Under the pieces are notes generated by a model. The model had not been told where the DNA came from, did not search any database, and worked only from the letters and a program-made list of their open reading frames with translations. The position numbers and the translations under genes are program-made. 26,799 bases of DNA from Acidimicrobiales bacterium (GTDB lineage: Bacteria > Actinomycetota > Acidimicrobiia > Acidimicrobiales > Palsa-688): positions 1 to 26,799 of the forward strand of contig DATKHZ010000234.1 of the NCBI GenBank assembly GCA_035509995.1, read 5' to 3'. Below, piece after piece: positions 8,556 through 16,530 of this stretch (positions are counted from its first letter, which is position 1; the number at the start of each line of letters is the position of its first letter).

Positions 8556-8918
8556 ATGGCTGGGATCGCTAGGAAGAGCTTCGAGGCGCCTGATGAGCGT
8601 CGGGCTCCCGATAAGACGGTCGTGGAGGTTGTCGACCTCGGTTCGGTAAAAGCGGCGCGGATGACGTTGCAGCCGGGTTGGAGCTGGTCGGAGTGCATCA
8701 AGCCCGTCGCGGGCACCAAGAGCTGCCAGACGCACCACGTGGGGACGGTGGTGTCTGGGCAGTTGCGGGTCCGCCATGATGACGGCACTGAAGTCCAGGT
8801 TGGCCCGAGCGACGCGTACGTGATCGAGCCGGGCCACGACGCGTGGGTTATTGGCTCGGAGCCGTTCGTGGCCTACGAGTTCGATAGCAAGGCCGCGGAG
8901 ACGTACGCGCGGCGCTGA
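8556..8918 (+). CDS. Cupin-domain protein
   Basis: CQTHHVGTVVSGQL and IEPGHDAWVIG cupin motifs. Start reassigned from 8397 to ATG 8556, which follows GGAGG. Confidence 0.9.
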   Translation: MAGIARKSFEAPDERRAPDKTVVEVVDLGSVKAARMTLQPGWSWSECIKPVAGTKSCQTHHVGTVVSGQLRVRHDDGTEVQVGPSDAYVIEPGHDAWVIGSEPFVAYEFDSKAAETYARR

Positions 8919-9198
8919 AGGCTCCCGGGGCTCATACTGACGCAGAACTGCCGAGGGGCGGGGCCGCGTTCGTAAGGGGGCGCCGAGTTGGCGCTCTGCG
9001 CCCGACCAGGAGCTGTCGGCAGGATACCGAGTGGGTGCGCTCTCCGTAACACAAAGCGTGCGACGGGAGTTCACCGTGTTCATGCAGCTCAGAGCCGGTG
9101 TCGGAGGGGGGACGCCAACAATCTCCGACTGGCGGATCTCGACGTGGTCGTCGTAAGTGAGGCACTCATCCTCGAACGCACTCAGAGATCGACCGGTG

Positions 9199-9777
9199 TC
9201 ACCCTCCTGACCCGCTGTACGGGAGCCCGCTCGGGACGAGCTTTTGGCAGATCTTTTGTGCCTGGGTGAACTGCGTCGAGTGGGTGTCGATGCTGGAAGG
9301 GAGGCGCAAGTTGACACTGCCCTCGGAGAAAGTCGGGTCGGGGAAGTTGATGATGCCGTGTGAGCGCATGCAGGTAGCCGTTTTGAGGTAGTCCTGCTGT
9401 TGCTGGGCGGTGACGGGTTGGACTGGCCGGCCACTCAGCGAGCCTCCGGGGGGGAGCAGGTGCCTGCAAACGTTCTGGGCCGCCTCGGCCTGCGAATTGC
9501 TGACCGCGTCGAACGCGCGGATGACCGCGTCCTTAGGGATCCCTCCGTTGCCGACAGGGTCGGGGAAGTTGGTGATGCCGTGTGAGCGCATGCAGGAGGT
9601 ATACGCCAAGAGCGCCGTTGCTTGGGTACCGCCGCCGGACGAGGAGCTGGGGGTGGTGGTTGTCGAAGCCGTGGCCACCCCCGTTTTCGAAGGGCCGCCT
9701 CCACAAGCCGCAAGGCTGGTACCAGATAACACACCGATAGCGAGCACAGAGGTGACCGGCAGCCATGAACGCTTCAT
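9199..9777 (-). CDS. Lipoprotein with two CMRSHGxxNFPDP repeats
   Basis: Lipobox LAAC (Cys25) and a Thr/Ser/Gly linker. Each repeat carries a second Cys (NVCRHLLP, KICQKLVP). Confidence 0.88.
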   Translation of the reverse strand: MKRSWLPVTSVLAIGVLSGTSLAACGGGPSKTGVATASTTTTPSSSSGGGTQATALLAYTSCMRSHGITNFPDPVGNGGIPKDAVIRAFDAVSNSQAEAAQNVCRHLLPPGGSLSGRPVQPVTAQQQQDYLKTATCMRSHGIINFPDPTFSEGSVNLRLPSSIDTHSTQFTQAQKICQKLVPSGLPYSGSGG

Positions 9778-10225
9778 CTACTCATCCCCTGGTCAGCGTT
9801 CTTGCCACAAGCGTCCAATATCGGAAGCGACCCAAGGGTTCCCCGGAGTCGTGTGGGTCGATGCGTAACAGGACACCTATCGCTGCGTTGCTCGTGACCG
9901 CTACGTTGTACCCCCGAGCACCGAATCGTTATTCAGCGGGTGCGCTCCCTGTAACTTGTCGCCCGCCAGCTTGAAGGGGCCCCCGCTCCGCCAGGTTGAT
10001 GGGGCCCACCTGACCGAGTAACCAGTGTTGGCAATGCGATGATCGCGGGTCTCTCGCTCTAGGTCAAGAGCGCCGTCGGCGACGAGGACGACGACCGTCG
10101 TGGCGGTCAGGTAGACGGTGCTCTTCAGTCTCCGCTGACTTTTTTCCCGGTCGGAGCCAAGTTGTCGGCGTCATGAGTGTGGGGCAGCTCCATTGCCGCG
10201 GCCGCGCCGGTCGTCATCCGGTGTC

Positions 10226-13200
10226 TCAGGCATAACCGAGGTCGCGCGCCAGCTGCACCGCATCCGCCAGCAGGTGGCCCGCCCGGTCTGGGTCGGCGGC
10301 GTCCCAGGCCTCACACGCCGCCAGCACTGCCGTCTCGAGCTCGTCGGGCAAGCGCGCTAACGACGGGTCGAGCAAGCGCCGAGCGGCGGCGATTGCTTGT
10401 TCGTTTTGCCCCGTGCCCAGGTACGCGCCGGCCAGCGGCCAAAGAGCCAGGCAGTAGGGGTAGAACCCCGGGTGCGGGTGCCAGAGCTTGAGCGCCTCAG
10501 TACCGAGCGTGAGCGCTTCTCCAAACTGATCGTCGCGCCAGGCGACCCAGGCCTGCAGAGCCGTCGCCGCGGCCAGATGGTACGGGACACCCCTTGCCGC
10601 GGCCCGCGCCTCGGGTAGGAGTTCTCGCACAGCTTCGACGTCGCCGCAGCGGAACGCCGTGATCGCCAGCTCTCCCAGCAGCGCCCCGCGCGCCCCGGGA
10701 GAGCCGGCCCGCTCCGCGCTCGCCAGCCCCCGCTCGTGGGCCCCCCGGGCTTCGGAGAGATCTCCATGCCAGGTAAGGGCCCAACCGAGGTAGCACGCGT
10801 TAGAAGCCTGGTATCGCTCGGGGCGCAGGAACCATAGCGTCGTCGGCGCCGGCGCCCAGGCCGCGTCTACGGTCCGTCGCAACTCTTCGAGGATTTGCTC
10901 GTCCACCCGGTAGCGCCGCTCATGCAGGTGCTGGGTCGCCAGCGCTGCAGAGAACTCGCAGGCGACCGCTCCCCTACCTCTCGCTTCCGCCAGCGGGCGA
11001 GCGCTCTCGATCAGGGCGGCGGAGCGATCGAGCTCGCCGCGTTGAGAGTAAATGCAATACTTTGGACCGACCTGCAGGACCACCCAGAGCTCAACCCACT
11101 CCTGGTCGTCGTCCAGCCCCGGTACCCCGATCAGCTCCTCGGCGGCGGCAAAGGCGGCCAGTGCGGCGTCGAAATGGAACTGTTGGAACTCGATCCATCC
11201 CAGCATGAACTGCAACCGTCCGGCCTGTAGAACATCCTCAGGCCGGGCGATGGCTAACCCAGCGAGGGCCGCCGACCGCGCTTCTTCGAAACGGTCGATC
11301 AACAGGAACAGGTCAGCGAGCTTCTCGCAGATCCTGGCCACGGTCACCCGTCGCTCCGACGCGGCCGCCGGCGGGACCCCACCGTTCGCGGCACGGTCCG
11401 CGTTGATGACCGCGAGCGCCTGCCGGTACGAAGCGATGGCCTCCTCGTGGGCGAAGATCTGGTCGGCGTGATCTCCGGCCAGCTCCAGGTAATGGACGGC
11501 GCGGTCGTCCTCGCCCGCAGCCGCGAAGTGACGGCCGAGGACGGCCGCCGTCTCCTCGAGACGGCCGGTGGCGCTTGCCTCAAGGTGCCAGGCGGCGCGC
11601 CGGTGCAGCTGGCGGCGCTGGGAGCGCAGCAGGCCGTGATAGGTCGCCTCCCGGATCAGGGCGTGGCGGAAGCGGTACAAGGCTTCATGCTGGTTGCCGG
11701 CCTCAGTCAGAAGGGCGCCCGAAACGAGCTCGGAGAGGGCGGCGTCGAGCCCCTCATCCAGTTCGCAGACCGCGCCTATGGCGGAGCGCTCAGCCTCATC
11801 GCCTAGCACCGATGCAGCCACGATCGCCTCCCGCGCGGCCGGGCTGAGCCGGTCGGTACGAGAGCGAATGAGCCGCTCGAGCGCCTCGGGGACCCGAGCG
11901 GTATCACCAAGCCCGAGCCGCCAGCCGGCGCCGTCGCGCTCAAGGGCGCCTGTGTCGAGCATGGATGCGAGCCGCTCCTCCAAGAACAGCGGGTTGCCGT
12001 CGCCTCCCTGACAAACCGCCCGGAGTACCTCCTCAGCCGCAGTGCCGCCAAGGAGCGAGCGCGCCAGGGCCCGCTCAGCGCCTTCTTCCAGGGGCACGAG
12101 CTGCAACACCCGGAAAGCCCGGGCTGGGTCAGCGGCAAGCGCCGCCTGCAGTTCGCCGACCCCCGGGTCGGGCTCTGGCCGGCGGGTCACCAACACCAGC
12201 AAAGGGCCGGAGACGGCGAGCGTGGCCAGTTCACCGGTTAGCCGGAGCGACGTGGGGTCGGACCAGTGCAGGTCCTCGAGGGCGAGCACGGTCGGGCCGT
12301 GCTCTACTAGACGAGCTAGCACCGACCGCATAGCCAAGAACGTCATGTGCTGGAGCTCTGCCGGTCCCATCGGCTCCAGGCGCGCCCTACCTGCCCCTGC
12401 TGGCAAACCCAACATCCGCGCCAGCAAAGCGACGGGCTCTTTGTCGTTCCCCAAGACGGCTCGCATCGCCGTATCGAGCGCGGAGCGGAGGGCCGCCTCG
12501 CCTGCCTCCAGCGGTGCCCCGATGAAGCGCGACAAGAGCTGCTGGTAGGCCCCGTAGGGGGTGGACGAGGCGTAGGAAGCACAGCGGCCCTCGAGCCAGA
12601 GCGGTAAGCGCCCTGATGCCGCCCCCACCCAGCCCATGAAGTAATTGCGGCACTCGGCTACGAGGCGCGTTTTACCCAGCCCGGGCTCACCGACGACGAC
12701 TACGGCGCCCCCACGGCCCGACACGGTGGCCCGCACCGCCTCCGTGAGCACTGCTAGCTCCGCGTCCCGTCCGACCAGAGGTGCCTTGGCCGCCAGGCGG
12801 TGACGGCCCGCCTCCGCGACCGAGTGCACCCGCGGCTGTACGAGGTAAGTAGCGGGTAGCTGCTCGGTTCCCGGGCTGACGGGCACGTCGAGACTAGGGC
12901 CCCACTCGAAAATCCCCTCCGTGGCGGCCCGTGTGGCCGCGCCCACCAGCACCGAGCTGGGTTGCGCGGCCGCCTGAAGGGCTGCGGCCGCGCCAACGAC
13001 CCCACCGACCGCCTGGTAGCCGGCCCCGTCGCCGCCGCCCGCCGGCCCTACCACGGCTACACCCGTCTCGACCCCGATCCGTACCGACAGCGCGACCCCC
13101 GGCCCGGCCCTCCCGGCCTTGAGAGGGCCGAGGCCGTCAAGTCCCCGCGCACTGCCGACCGCAGTTACCATGCGCAATGCGACGCGCAGGGCCCGCTCGG

Positions 13201-14293
13201 GGTCGTCTTCGTGCGACTGAGGGGCGCCGAAGAGCACGGTCATGCTTGACCCCGAGATCGACGCCACGGTGCCCCCGAGTGCCTCTACCTCACTGATCGC
13301 TTGGGCGAGGCCGACGCCGATGATCTCACGCACGTCTTCGGGGTCAGCCTGGATGCCGAGGCCGACCGGGGAAAGCTCGACGACAGCGACGCTCAGTAGC
13401 CTGCGTTCCTCTCCGCGGTGGGCGGTCGGGGCTCCTTGGCCAGCCGCCGGGGCCGGGCGGCCGGGCGAGCCTGCATAGTCCACACTGGCCCGCAGCTCCT
13501 CGAGCGCCGGCGAGGATTTCAACCCGAGGCGGCCGAGCGCGGCAGCACAGCGCTCGTAGACGGCGAGCGCTTGGGGGCGGCGGTTGTGCGCGGCATGCAG
13601 CCGCATGAGCGATGAGGCGGCCTCCTCGCAGGTCGGGTCAGCCTCTAAGCAGGCCTGCCAGGCCTGCTGGACCTCCTCGGGACGGGCGCGGCCGACGCCG
13701 CGAGCGCGGTCGCGGGCCAGCTGCAGGCGGGCCTCCTGGCGCAGGTCCGCGAGACGACCGCGCACCCGGTCGGCCCATTCGGCGACCGGTTCGTCCTCGA
13801 GCGGGACTCCGCCGCTCGAGAGCGCTTCGACTAACGCACAGTCTCGCGACTGGCCCGGCGAGGACCTCAACGCAGCCCTGAGCGCCTGCTCGTGGGCGTC
13901 GAGGTCCACGTCGAGGGCGATGTCGGCCGCCGCCCAGATACAGCTGTGGTCGGCGCAGAGCAACCCTGCCGCCGGCGGGCCGAGCCGGCCGAGCACCGAG
14001 CGCGCCATCGACAGCGCCTTCCACAGCGCGTTCGTCGCCGCTTCTGCCCTCAGCGCCGGGAACAGGGCGTCGCAGGCGGCGTCCCGGCTGATGCGGCGCC
14101 CGGGGCTCACGAGCACGAGCTGGCACAGCCGCCGGGCGCTCGGCCGGGGCCACGTGGCCGTGCTGAGCTCTCCGGCCGCGACGGCGAAGCGCCCGAGCAG
14201 GCGGACATCGACGACGGGAGGGTTATCACCCTGTTCGGTCCGAGAGGCGGGCACCGTCACTATTGTCTCACCCGCCAGTTGAGGTGTCCCCAC
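10226..14293 (-). CDS. SARP/AfsR-type wHTH + BTAD + degenerate class III cyclase + STAND AAA ATPase + TPR-like repeats (1355 aa)
   Basis: VRLLGRF...SARRL wHTH; BTAD (DPTCEEA...LMRL...ALAVYERC); cyclase-like HEDDPERALRVAL; Walker A GEPGLGKT; Walker B LALEDLHWSD; LYRFRHALIREATY; Ala-rich helical repeats to the C-terminus. The exact start is uncertain. Confidence 0.92.
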   Translation of the reverse strand: MGTPQLAGETIVTVPASRTEQGDNPPVVDVRLLGRFAVAAGELSTATWPRPSARRLCQLVLVSPGRRISRDAACDALFPALRAEAATNALWKALSMARSVLGRLGPPAAGLLCADHSCIWAAADIALDVDLDAHEQALRAALRSSPGQSRDCALVEALSSGGVPLEDEPVAEWADRVRGRLADLRQEARLQLARDRARGVGRARPEEVQQAWQACLEADPTCEEAASSLMRLHAAHNRRPQALAVYERCAAALGRLGLKSSPALEELRASVDYAGSPGRPAPAAGQGAPTAHRGEERRLLSVAVVELSPVGLGIQADPEDVREIIGVGLAQAISEVEALGGTVASISGSSMTVLFGAPQSHEDDPERALRVALRMVTAVGSARGLDGLGPLKAGRAGPGVALSVRIGVETGVAVVGPAGGGDGAGYQAVGGVVGAAAALQAAAQPSSVLVGAATRAATEGIFEWGPSLDVPVSPGTEQLPATYLVQPRVHSVAEAGRHRLAAKAPLVGRDAELAVLTEAVRATVSGRGGAVVVVGEPGLGKTRLVAECRNYFMGWVGAASGRLPLWLEGRCASYASSTPYGAYQQLLSRFIGAPLEAGEAALRSALDTAMRAVLGNDKEPVALLARMLGLPAGAGRARLEPMGPAELQHMTFLAMRSVLARLVEHGPTVLALEDLHWSDPTSLRLTGELATLAVSGPLLVLVTRRPEPDPGVGELQAALAADPARAFRVLQLVPLEEGAERALARSLLGGTAAEEVLRAVCQGGDGNPLFLEERLASMLDTGALERDGAGWRLGLGDTARVPEALERLIRSRTDRLSPAAREAIVAASVLGDEAERSAIGAVCELDEGLDAALSELVSGALLTEAGNQHEALYRFRHALIREATYHGLLRSQRRQLHRRAAWHLEASATGRLEETAAVLGRHFAAAGEDDRAVHYLELAGDHADQIFAHEEAIASYRQALAVINADRAANGGVPPAAASERRVTVARICEKLADLFLLIDRFEEARSAALAGLAIARPEDVLQAGRLQFMLGWIEFQQFHFDAALAAFAAAEELIGVPGLDDDQEWVELWVVLQVGPKYCIYSQRGELDRSAALIESARPLAEARGRGAVACEFSAALATQHLHERRYRVDEQILEELRRTVDAAWAPAPTTLWFLRPERYQASNACYLGWALTWHGDLSEARGAHERGLASAERAGSPGARGALLGELAITAFRCGDVEAVRELLPEARAAARGVPYHLAAATALQAWVAWRDDQFGEALTLGTEALKLWHPHPGFYPYCLALWPLAGAYLGTGQNEQAIAAARRLLDPSLARLPDELETAVLAACEAWDAADPDRAGHLLADAVQLARDLGYA

Positions 14294-14294
14294 C

Positions 14295-14618
14295 TCAGGA
14301 CCACGCGGCGGCGCCGCCCTCGGCTAGGCCGCTGAGGCGAGACGTCGCTGCGGCCCGGGCGGCTCGCTCGGAATAGGCAATCGCCGTCGCGTTCGTGGGC
14401 GGCGTGCCATCGACCTCGGCGTTGTAGGCGGCGGCGCCGCCCCCGGCTAGGCCGCTGAGGCGAGATGTCGCTCCCCCCGAGCGGACGCTGACCGCGACTG
14501 CGGGCCCTGCCGAGTGGTGCTGCGCCGCCACGGCGGGCCCTCCGTAGACCGTGGTGAGCGGGACGGACATTACGAGCGCGGTGGTGGCCACCGCGACGGT
14601 GAGCCTTCTGGTGTTCAT
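14295..14618 (-). CDS. Small secreted protein (107 aa) with a duplicated 17-aa core
   Basis: AGGAGG Shine-Dalgarno; signal peptide MNTRRLTVAVATTALVMSVPLTTVYGGPAVA; repeats GATSRLSGLAGGGAAAY and AATSRLSGLAEGGAAAW. The stop lies 1 nt before the GTG of the STAND gene. Confidence 0.78.
   Translation of the reverse strand: MNTRRLTVAVATTALVMSVPLTTVYGGPAVAAQHHSAGPAVAVSVRSGGATSRLSGLAGGGAAAYNAEVDGTPPTNATAIAYSERAARAAATSRLSGLAEGGAAAWS
14305..14472. repeat. 45-bp direct repeat, two copies 123 bp apart
   Basis: 14305-14349 and 14428-14472 match at 43 of 45 positions and are in frame within the small ORF. Confidence 0.95.
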
Positions 14619-14680
14619 GCCGGTTCTCCTCCTGTTGGGCCGGCGGATGGTCGCCGGTGCACTCAGACTGGATCGGTCGA

Positions 14681-14697
14681 CTTCCCAAAACCTTCCC
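14681..14697 (-). promoter_or_regulatory. Direct repeats with 11-bp period (possible SARP/wHTH site)
   Basis: CTTCCC at 14681 and 14692 (GGGAAGGTTTTGGGAAG on the minus strand), followed 10 nt later by CAGTCT, upstream of the peptide-STAND operon. Confidence 0.35.
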
Positions 14698-14981
14698 GCG
14701 CGGGAGCCGAGGCCCGACCGTCGTTACCCCTGGGCCTCAATCGGGGCCGGTTGGACGGGTGGGATCGACCCGGGCTCAGGAAGCAGGGAGGCGAGTGACG
14801 GGAGACGGGTGGTCGAGAATCATCTGACTTCCGGAGGATCGCAGTTCCTCGTTGTCGCCGTATCCCTGGGAGACACCTACCGGGAACAGTCCGTGGTGGA
14901 CAGCGGCACGCATGTCATCACCACGGTCCCCACCAACGCAACTGAATCGGGCCGTGGTCAACCGAGGGACTCCAGGCGACT

Positions 14982-15165
14982 ATGTCTGCCTTGTCCGAAG
15001 CGGCGACGACCGACTTCCACACGGGGCTCGCAAATACGGCGGCGTTCGACTGACCATGCCCGGCCCTTCGCACTGTTCAAACGGACGGACGAACCCAGCG
15101 CTGTCCTCTTGGTCGACATCGACGATCTCCACGACTACAACTGCGCCTACGGTTATCTCAAGGGC
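14982..15165 (+). pseudogene. GGDEF (diguanylate cyclase) domain fragment
   Basis: ATTDFHTGLANTAAFD-stop (14982-15053), then a shifted frame giving EPSAVLLVDIDDLHDYNCAYGYLKG. Both match the N-terminal half of GGDEF domains; no GGDEF motif follows. Confidence 0.75.
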
Positions 15166-15254
15166 TCGTCGGTCCGCCCTAGGTACTCGGCGCACCCCAA
15201 CAACTCCCTCGGGCCCAAATGCGGCCATCAAGACGGCCTTTGGCGCGTAGTAAC

Positions 15255-15300
15255 CAATTAATACCTCCAATCCAAACAATTAATACCCCTCAATCCAATA
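15255..15300. repeat. AT-rich tandem repeat with about 22-bp period
   Basis: CAATTAATACCTCCAATCCAAA followed by CAATTAATACCCCTCAATCCAATA. Confidence 0.85.
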
Positions 15301-15393
15301 ATTTGCGACCTGGGTTGGATGTATTCGGCACGAGCGGCGGCTCAGGCTGAATTAGACGGCTACGTCTGACGGCTCAACCATAAAGGAACTTCC

Positions 15394-16422
15394 ATGAGAT
15401 CTTTTGCCGTACTCTCCAGCCTGGTCGGCTGTGCCGCGCTAATGGGCGGCGTTTTGCCCAGCGGCGGACTGAGCGATCCCTCGGCTGCGGCTTCGCTCGC
15501 ATCGATCGAGCGAAGCGCTGCCGTTCTCGCTCCGGGCACCATCTTTGTCGCTAATGCTAGCGCAGGCTTTGAAGGCGGACTGGGTACGGGGAACGGCTCG
15601 GTGACCGCCTACCGCCCGACCGCCCGCGGTGACGAACGCCCGCTACTCGTGCTTACCAAAGGGATCCTGGACCCCACCGGTCTCATCTTCGACTCCTCAG
15701 GCGACCTTTGGGTTGGCAACAACAGCAACAGCAACAATGTGGTCGAGTACAGCAAAGCTGAGCTAATTGCGGCTTCTCCTTCCCCCACTGTTACGATGTC
15801 GGAGAGCGGGGGCGGCGCGATGGGCCTCGCCTTTGATTCCTCGGGCGACCTTTGGATAACTAAAACCAATTTCACGGCGGTCGAGCTCACCAAAGCGCAG
15901 TTGGCTGAGTCGGGTTCCCCAGTTCCCGAAGTGACTATCACCAATACCAATCAGTGCAGCGTCGCATTCGACTCGTTCGGCAACATGTGGGAGGGCGGCT
16001 TCGATACTGTCGTACACGAATTCACACCGACCCAGCTGGCCGCGTCTGGATCTCCGACCCCACTTGTCACAGTGTCCTCGGACAGCCTAAACATGCCCTG
16101 TCAGCCGACTTTTGACTCGGCAGGCGACATGTGGGCCGCCAACTACCTGGGGAACACTGTCGTCGAGTTTACAAAAGCTCAGCTCGCCAAGTCCGGGTCG
16201 CCGACTGCCCGGGTCACCATCAGCTCTGACTATCTCGCTAACCCAGGTGACGTCGCCTTCGATCCCGGAGGTGACCTCTGGGTGCCTAGTGCGCAAGACG
16301 AGGCCGTGGTGGAGTTCACGAAGGCGCAGTTGGCGAGGTCGGGCACTCCTATGCCAGCAAGGGCCCTCTATGGGCGGTCCACCGGCCTGAGCTGGCCTTG
16401 GGCTCTCGCCGTGGAGCCATAG
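15394..16422 (+). CDS. Secreted six-bladed beta-propeller (NHL/Vgb-like repeats), paralog 2
   Basis: Colinear with 7209..8258 (PGTIFVAN, FDSSGDLW, EFTKAQLAKSGSP, PGDVA, PWALAVEP); signal peptide; AAAGGA Shine-Dalgarno. Confidence 0.88.
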   Translation: MRSFAVLSSLVGCAALMGGVLPSGGLSDPSAAASLASIERSAAVLAPGTIFVANASAGFEGGLGTGNGSVTAYRPTARGDERPLLVLTKGILDPTGLIFDSSGDLWVGNNSNSNNVVEYSKAELIAASPSPTVTMSESGGGAMGLAFDSSGDLWITKTNFTAVELTKAQLAESGSPVPEVTITNTNQCSVAFDSFGNMWEGGFDTVVHEFTPTQLAASGSPTPLVTVSSDSLNMPCQPTFDSAGDMWAANYLGNTVVEFTKAQLAKSGSPTARVTISSDYLANPGDVAFDPGGDLWVPSAQDEAVVEFTKAQLARSGTPMPARALYGRSTGLSWPWALAVEP

Positions 16423-16530
16423 GGGCGCGCCCGAAGGACAATAGGGATCTCGAAGACCCTGCTGGGATGCTCGGGCCTTGTAGCGCGTCTCGGACGGCCC
16501 GGGCCGACGCGGTTTGTTGCTCCCTGGTCC

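Noticed and set aside
8466-9434. 322-aa minus-strand ORF
   Set aside because: Shadow ORF: antisense to the cupin gene and out of frame with the lipoprotein.
9199-9777. c-type cytochrome
   Set aside because: CMRSH is not CxxCH.
9880-10173. Possible remnant of a secreted-protein gene (RRLKSTVYLTATTVVVLVA) needing a shift in an A6 run
   Set aside because: Short, with no Shine-Dalgarno and no recognisable domain; too weak to call.
10226-14618. NLR-associated amyloid signalling (BASS/Bell-type) pair
   Set aside because: The small protein is exported, and its repeat is not echoed at the STAND N-terminus, which is a wHTH.
14551-15261. 236-aa plus-strand ORF; PGDYVCL resembling a histidine-kinase motif
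   Set aside because: Overlaps the propeptide gene antisense. Only its last part is meaningful (GGDEF fragment), and the third frame explains the PGDYVCL region.
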